28,988 nucleotides of DNA from NCBI GenBank assembly GCA_044224875.1, contig JBGAJQ010000064.1:1-28988 (forward strand), given 5' to 3'. A model generated the notes under the pieces. It ran no database searches. It had not been told where the DNA came from and saw only the letters and a program-made list of their open reading frames with translations. Positions within the stretch are counted from its first letter, which is position 1; each line of letters starts with the position of its first letter. Shown in pieces: positions 26,237 through 28,988 of this stretch. Both the position numbers and the translations under genes were made by a program. This stretch comes from Gemmatimonadaceae bacterium. Lineage in GTDB: Bacteria > Gemmatimonadota > Gemmatimonadetes > Gemmatimonadales > Gemmatimonadaceae.

Positions 26237-27949
26237 CTAGTAGACGATAGGCCCGCGATACGTCCCGTACACTTCGCGCAACACGTCACACATCTCACCG
26301 ACGGTGGCTTGCGCCTTGATGGCCCGCACCACGTCGGGCATCACGTTGGTGCCCTTCGTGGCTGCCTCTCGCATGGCCTTGAGCGCGCTCGTGGTCTCAG
26401 CCTGAGCCCGAGAGCGGCGCACGGCCTGCGTTCGCTTGATCTGTCGCTCCACGAGTCCGGGGTCCAGCTCAAACTGCTCGAAAGGAAGCGGCGCCTCGGG
26501 GTCGACGTGGATGTTCACGCCGACGATGAACTCCTGTTGCGCCTCCACGTCACGCTGGTACGCGGCCGAGGAGTCGGCGATGTGTCGCTGCAGAAACCCG
26601 TCCTCGATCGATCGCACCATGCCGCCGCGTTCGAGGATCTGCCGAATTAGGGCTTCGGCCTCTTCTTCCAGCCGCGTCGTCAGGTTCTCGACGTAGTACG
26701 ATCCCCCCAGCGGATCCACAATGTCGGTCACCCTGTTCTCGAGCGCCAGCATCTGTTGAGTGCGCACAGCAATCTTGATCGCACCCTCTGACGGGATTTG
26801 GAACGCTTCGTCCTTGGAGTTGGTGTGGAGCGACTGCGTGCCGCCGAGGATTGCCGCCAGCGCCTGAATCGCCGTGCGAGCGATGTTGTTGTCCGGCTGC
26901 TGTGCCGTCAGGCTCACACCGGAGGTCTGACAGTGCGCGCGCATCATCCACGAGCGCGGATCGTTCGTGCCCACCCAGTCTCGCATCATGCGCGCCCACA
27001 GGCGGCGCGCTGCGCGCAGCTTGCAGATCTCCTCGAAGAAATCGTTCTGGATGTTCCAGAAGAAGGAGATGCGCGGGGCCACGCTATCCGCGGGCAGCCC
27101 GCGTTTCACCGCTTCGGTCACGTAACAGTGTCCAGCGCCTAACGTGAAGGCGAGTTCCTGGACAGCATTCGCTCCGGCGTCCCGGATATGGTAGCCCGAC
27201 ACACTGACCGGGTTGTAGCGCGGCATGGTCTTGGCCGCGTACTCCATCGTGTCGACGACCAGTCGTACCGCGTCTGCCGGCGGGTAGATGTACTCGTTCT
27301 GCGCCGTGTATTCCTTGAGGATGTCGTTCTGGCACGTGCCGGTGATCTTGTTTCCTGGAACACCTTGCTCCGTGCACACGACTTCGTACATGCCGATCAA
27401 CGCAAACGCCGACGCATTGATCGTGTACGAGGTGGACACCTGGTCGAGTGGAATGTCGGCCATCAGCAGGCGCACGTCATCGATCGTGTCGACGGCGACG
27501 CCGATCTTGCCGATTTCGGGCAGTCCCATCGGGTGATCGGAGTCGTAACCGAGCAGCGTCGGCAAGTCGAAGTCGGTCGACAGCCCCGTCTCGCCATGCG
27601 CCAGCAGGTACTTGTAACGCTGATTCGTATTCTCGGCGGTGCCAAAGCCCGCGACCTGGCGGATTGTCCAAGGGCGCGCGCGGTACATGGTCGCGTGGAC
27701 GCCGCGCGTGAACGGGTATTCTCCGGGAAGTCCGATGGTTGGTGGCTCGCCACCGTTCACGTCGGCCGCGGTGTACACGTCGGCGATCGGCAACCCTGAG
27801 AGCGTCGTGAATGACTCCTTGCGGTTCGGCAGCCGCTCCAGACTCGCCGCGAGCGTGGTATGCGTCCAGGTATCGACGCCAGGCGATACATCGCCTAACG
27901 ACTTGGACTGGGTGCGACTCGCAGACGGTGTCTCGTCGACCGTAGCCAT
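26237..27949 (-). CDS. B12-dependent acyl-CoA mutase large (substrate-binding) subunit, HCM-like specificity signature
   Basis: PGEYPFTRG, WTIRQVAGFG, GLSTDFDLPT, QNDILKEYTAQ, SGYHIRDAG, QSLHTN..DEA, DPLGGSYYVE. Start ATG 27949. Confidence 0.96.
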   Translation of the reverse strand: MATVDETPSASRTQSKSLGDVSPGVDTWTHTTLAASLERLPNRKESFTTLSGLPIADVYTAADVNGGEPPTIGLPGEYPFTRGVHATMYRARPWTIRQVAGFGTAENTNQRYKYLLAHGETGLSTDFDLPTLLGYDSDHPMGLPEIGKIGVAVDTIDDVRLLMADIPLDQVSTSYTINASAFALIGMYEVVCTEQGVPGNKITGTCQNDILKEYTAQNEYIYPPADAVRLVVDTMEYAAKTMPRYNPVSVSGYHIRDAGANAVQELAFTLGAGHCYVTEAVKRGLPADSVAPRISFFWNIQNDFFEEICKLRAARRLWARMMRDWVGTNDPRSWMMRAHCQTSGVSLTAQQPDNNIARTAIQALAAILGGTQSLHTNSKDEAFQIPSEGAIKIAVRTQQMLALENRVTDIVDPLGGSYYVENLTTRLEEEAEALIRQILERGGMVRSIEDGFLQRHIADSSAAYQRDVEAQQEFIVGVNIHVDPEAPLPFEQFELDPGLVERQIKRTQAVRRSRAQAETTSALKAMREAATKGTNVMPDVVRAIKAQATVGEMCDVLREVYGTYRGPIVY

Positions 27950-28097
27950 CGTGAGGTCCCTTCGAACGTGAGGTGAACGCGCCCGCCGAAACTCGTGGCG
28001 CACCGCCTTGAGGATGAGGTGCGTCTTCCGCGGCGCGACCTTGGCGGCAGAAGGTAGCGCGTACCTCGGCTTGGGTCAAATGACACTAATAGCTCTT

Positions 28098-28117
28098 ATA
28101 CGACCCATTAGTCGTAT
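28098..28117. promoter_or_regulatory. Candidate operator upstream of the mutase operon
   Basis: Perfect ATACGAC-N6-GTCGTAT inverted repeat within an AT-rich patch (about 28075-28125). Confidence 0.6.
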
Positions 28118-28308
28118 TTATTGACCTGGAATGGCTTCGGCGTGGCCGCCGGTCCGTATCGCCGGTACTCGTTACTCCTTCCTCGCCTCGCCGGCTGCAA
28201 CTGCCGCCATACTCGGGCGCGCGTCGAGCGCCTCGGGCGGCGACACTCGTCGCGAGCCATTCAGGTGCCCTCCACAACGCTCTTCGCCTCCAGCGGTGCG
28301 CCCTTGGA

Positions 28309-28988
28309 TCACGCTCGTCGGTAGTGCTCCTCGGCACGCGAGTAGAGTCGCCCTGCCACGAGATAGTCGTGCGACCCCACCAGCTTGCCTGAGGCACTTG
28401 GGTCTACCTCCAACAGTACCTCCCACCGAGGGCTCGGCAACTCCGCCTCCGCGCCGAGCGCCAAACCGCCAAACTCGCTTCCCGCCACCACCGTGCGTGC
28501 GCGCACCTCAACCTGCAGCCTCAATCCTCCGCGTTCGTCGACCTCGGCACGCACAACCTCGTTTGAGACGTTCCATTTTGCGCGATACGAGCGCAGCCTA
28601 ACGTCGAGTACGCCGATCTGGCTGCCCACACCGCCTTGTCCGCTGGCAGGGATGGAAAGGAGTGTGGTGCCTTCCCATGTGACAAGTTCCGGCGGTTCAA
28701 CGGGTACGCCATGCCATAATGAGAATCGGTCCTGAACGTGCCAGACTCCGGAATAGCCGTGGACGCGTTGCGTCGGAGCGACTCCTGAGGCCAGCACCGC
28801 GAGCGAGTGCAGCCACGCTTGTAGACCCAACTTGCTGCTCTCTGTCAAGCTGTCGGCGGTTGCACTAGACGATGCCCGCACAACAGTGAGACCATCGAGG
28901 TCGGACGGCACATCTGTACCGTCACAGACGCAGACCGCGACTCGCTTGCGGGTAAGTCGTCCGGACAGGTAACCGTATTCGAACACGA
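28309..28988 (-). CDS. TIR-like (CAP12/Pycsar-type, predicted nucleotide-binding) domain protein, 3' part only
   Basis: VFEYGYLSGRLTRKRV.....VPSDLDGLTV matches the FE(L)G..G.LG..RV / LPSDL.G motifs of this TIR family; followed by a beta-rich domain; the 5' end is outside the window. Confidence 0.75.
   Translation of the reverse strand, partial: VFEYGYLSGRLTRKRVAVCVCDGTDVPSDLDGLTVVRASSSATADSLTESSKLGLQAWLHSLAVLASGVAPTQRVHGYSGVWHVQDRFSLWHGVPVEPPELVTWEGTTLLSIPASGQGGVGSQIGVLDVRLRSYRAKWNVSNEVVRAEVDERGGLRLQVEVRARTVVAGSEFGGLALGAEAELPSPRWEVLLEVDPSASGKLVGSHDYLVAGRLYSRAEEHYRRA

Noticed and set aside
26237..27949. Ordinary methylmalonyl-CoA mutase working with mmsA in propionate/valine metabolism
   Set aside because: Lacks the Tyr and Arg carboxylate-binding residues; no epimerase or carboxylase nearby; mmsA is over 12 kb from the operon.
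23867..27949. 3-aminoisobutyrate (thymine catabolite) as the mutase substrate
   Set aside because: Thioester migration would give 4- or 2-aminobutyryl-CoA, not the 3-amino Kal substrate; less parsimonious, though not excluded experimentally.
27950..28308. Cobalamin riboswitch upstream of the B12 enzyme
   Set aside because: I could not find the conserved B12-box or core elements; an Rfam covariance search would be decisive.

Overview
GC-rich bacterial DNA; the PadR + 'duplicated orphan permease' pair and overall gene content suggest Gemmatimonadota/Acidobacteriota (inference). No rRNA, tRNA, CRISPR array or transposase was seen. From left to right: (1) PadR plus a truncated ABC-type permease, behind a sigma70 promoter with a palindromic operator. 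(2) A minus-strand cassette of sigma factor, membrane anti-sigma, probable lipoprotein TPR-CHAT (caspase-like) protease, a His-rich unknown protein and an S8 subtilase, abutting a decapitated nucleotidyltransferase remnant. (3) mmsA, a DinB-like gene and a secreted DmpA-type peptidase. (4) An 8-gene locus with an atypical polyprenyl synthase, a geranylgeranyl-reductase-like flavoprotein and six unknown amphipathic, Ig-like or Cys-rich proteins. (5) A Tat-exported dipeptidase-like protein, LysR and a CocE/NonD amino-acid ester hydrolase. (6) A tightly coupled B12 acyl-CoA mutase operon: large and small subunits, CoA ligase, Kal-like hotdog lyase and MeaB. The mutase active-site signature (Val/Asp/Gln) is not that of methylmalonyl-CoA mutase. 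With the Kal-like lyase it predicts a 2-aminoisobutyryl-CoA -> 3-aminobutyryl-CoA -> crotonyl-CoA route, the best candidate for an undescribed system. (7) The 3' part of a TIR-like gene. All family assignments come from motif recognition by eye; no searches were run.
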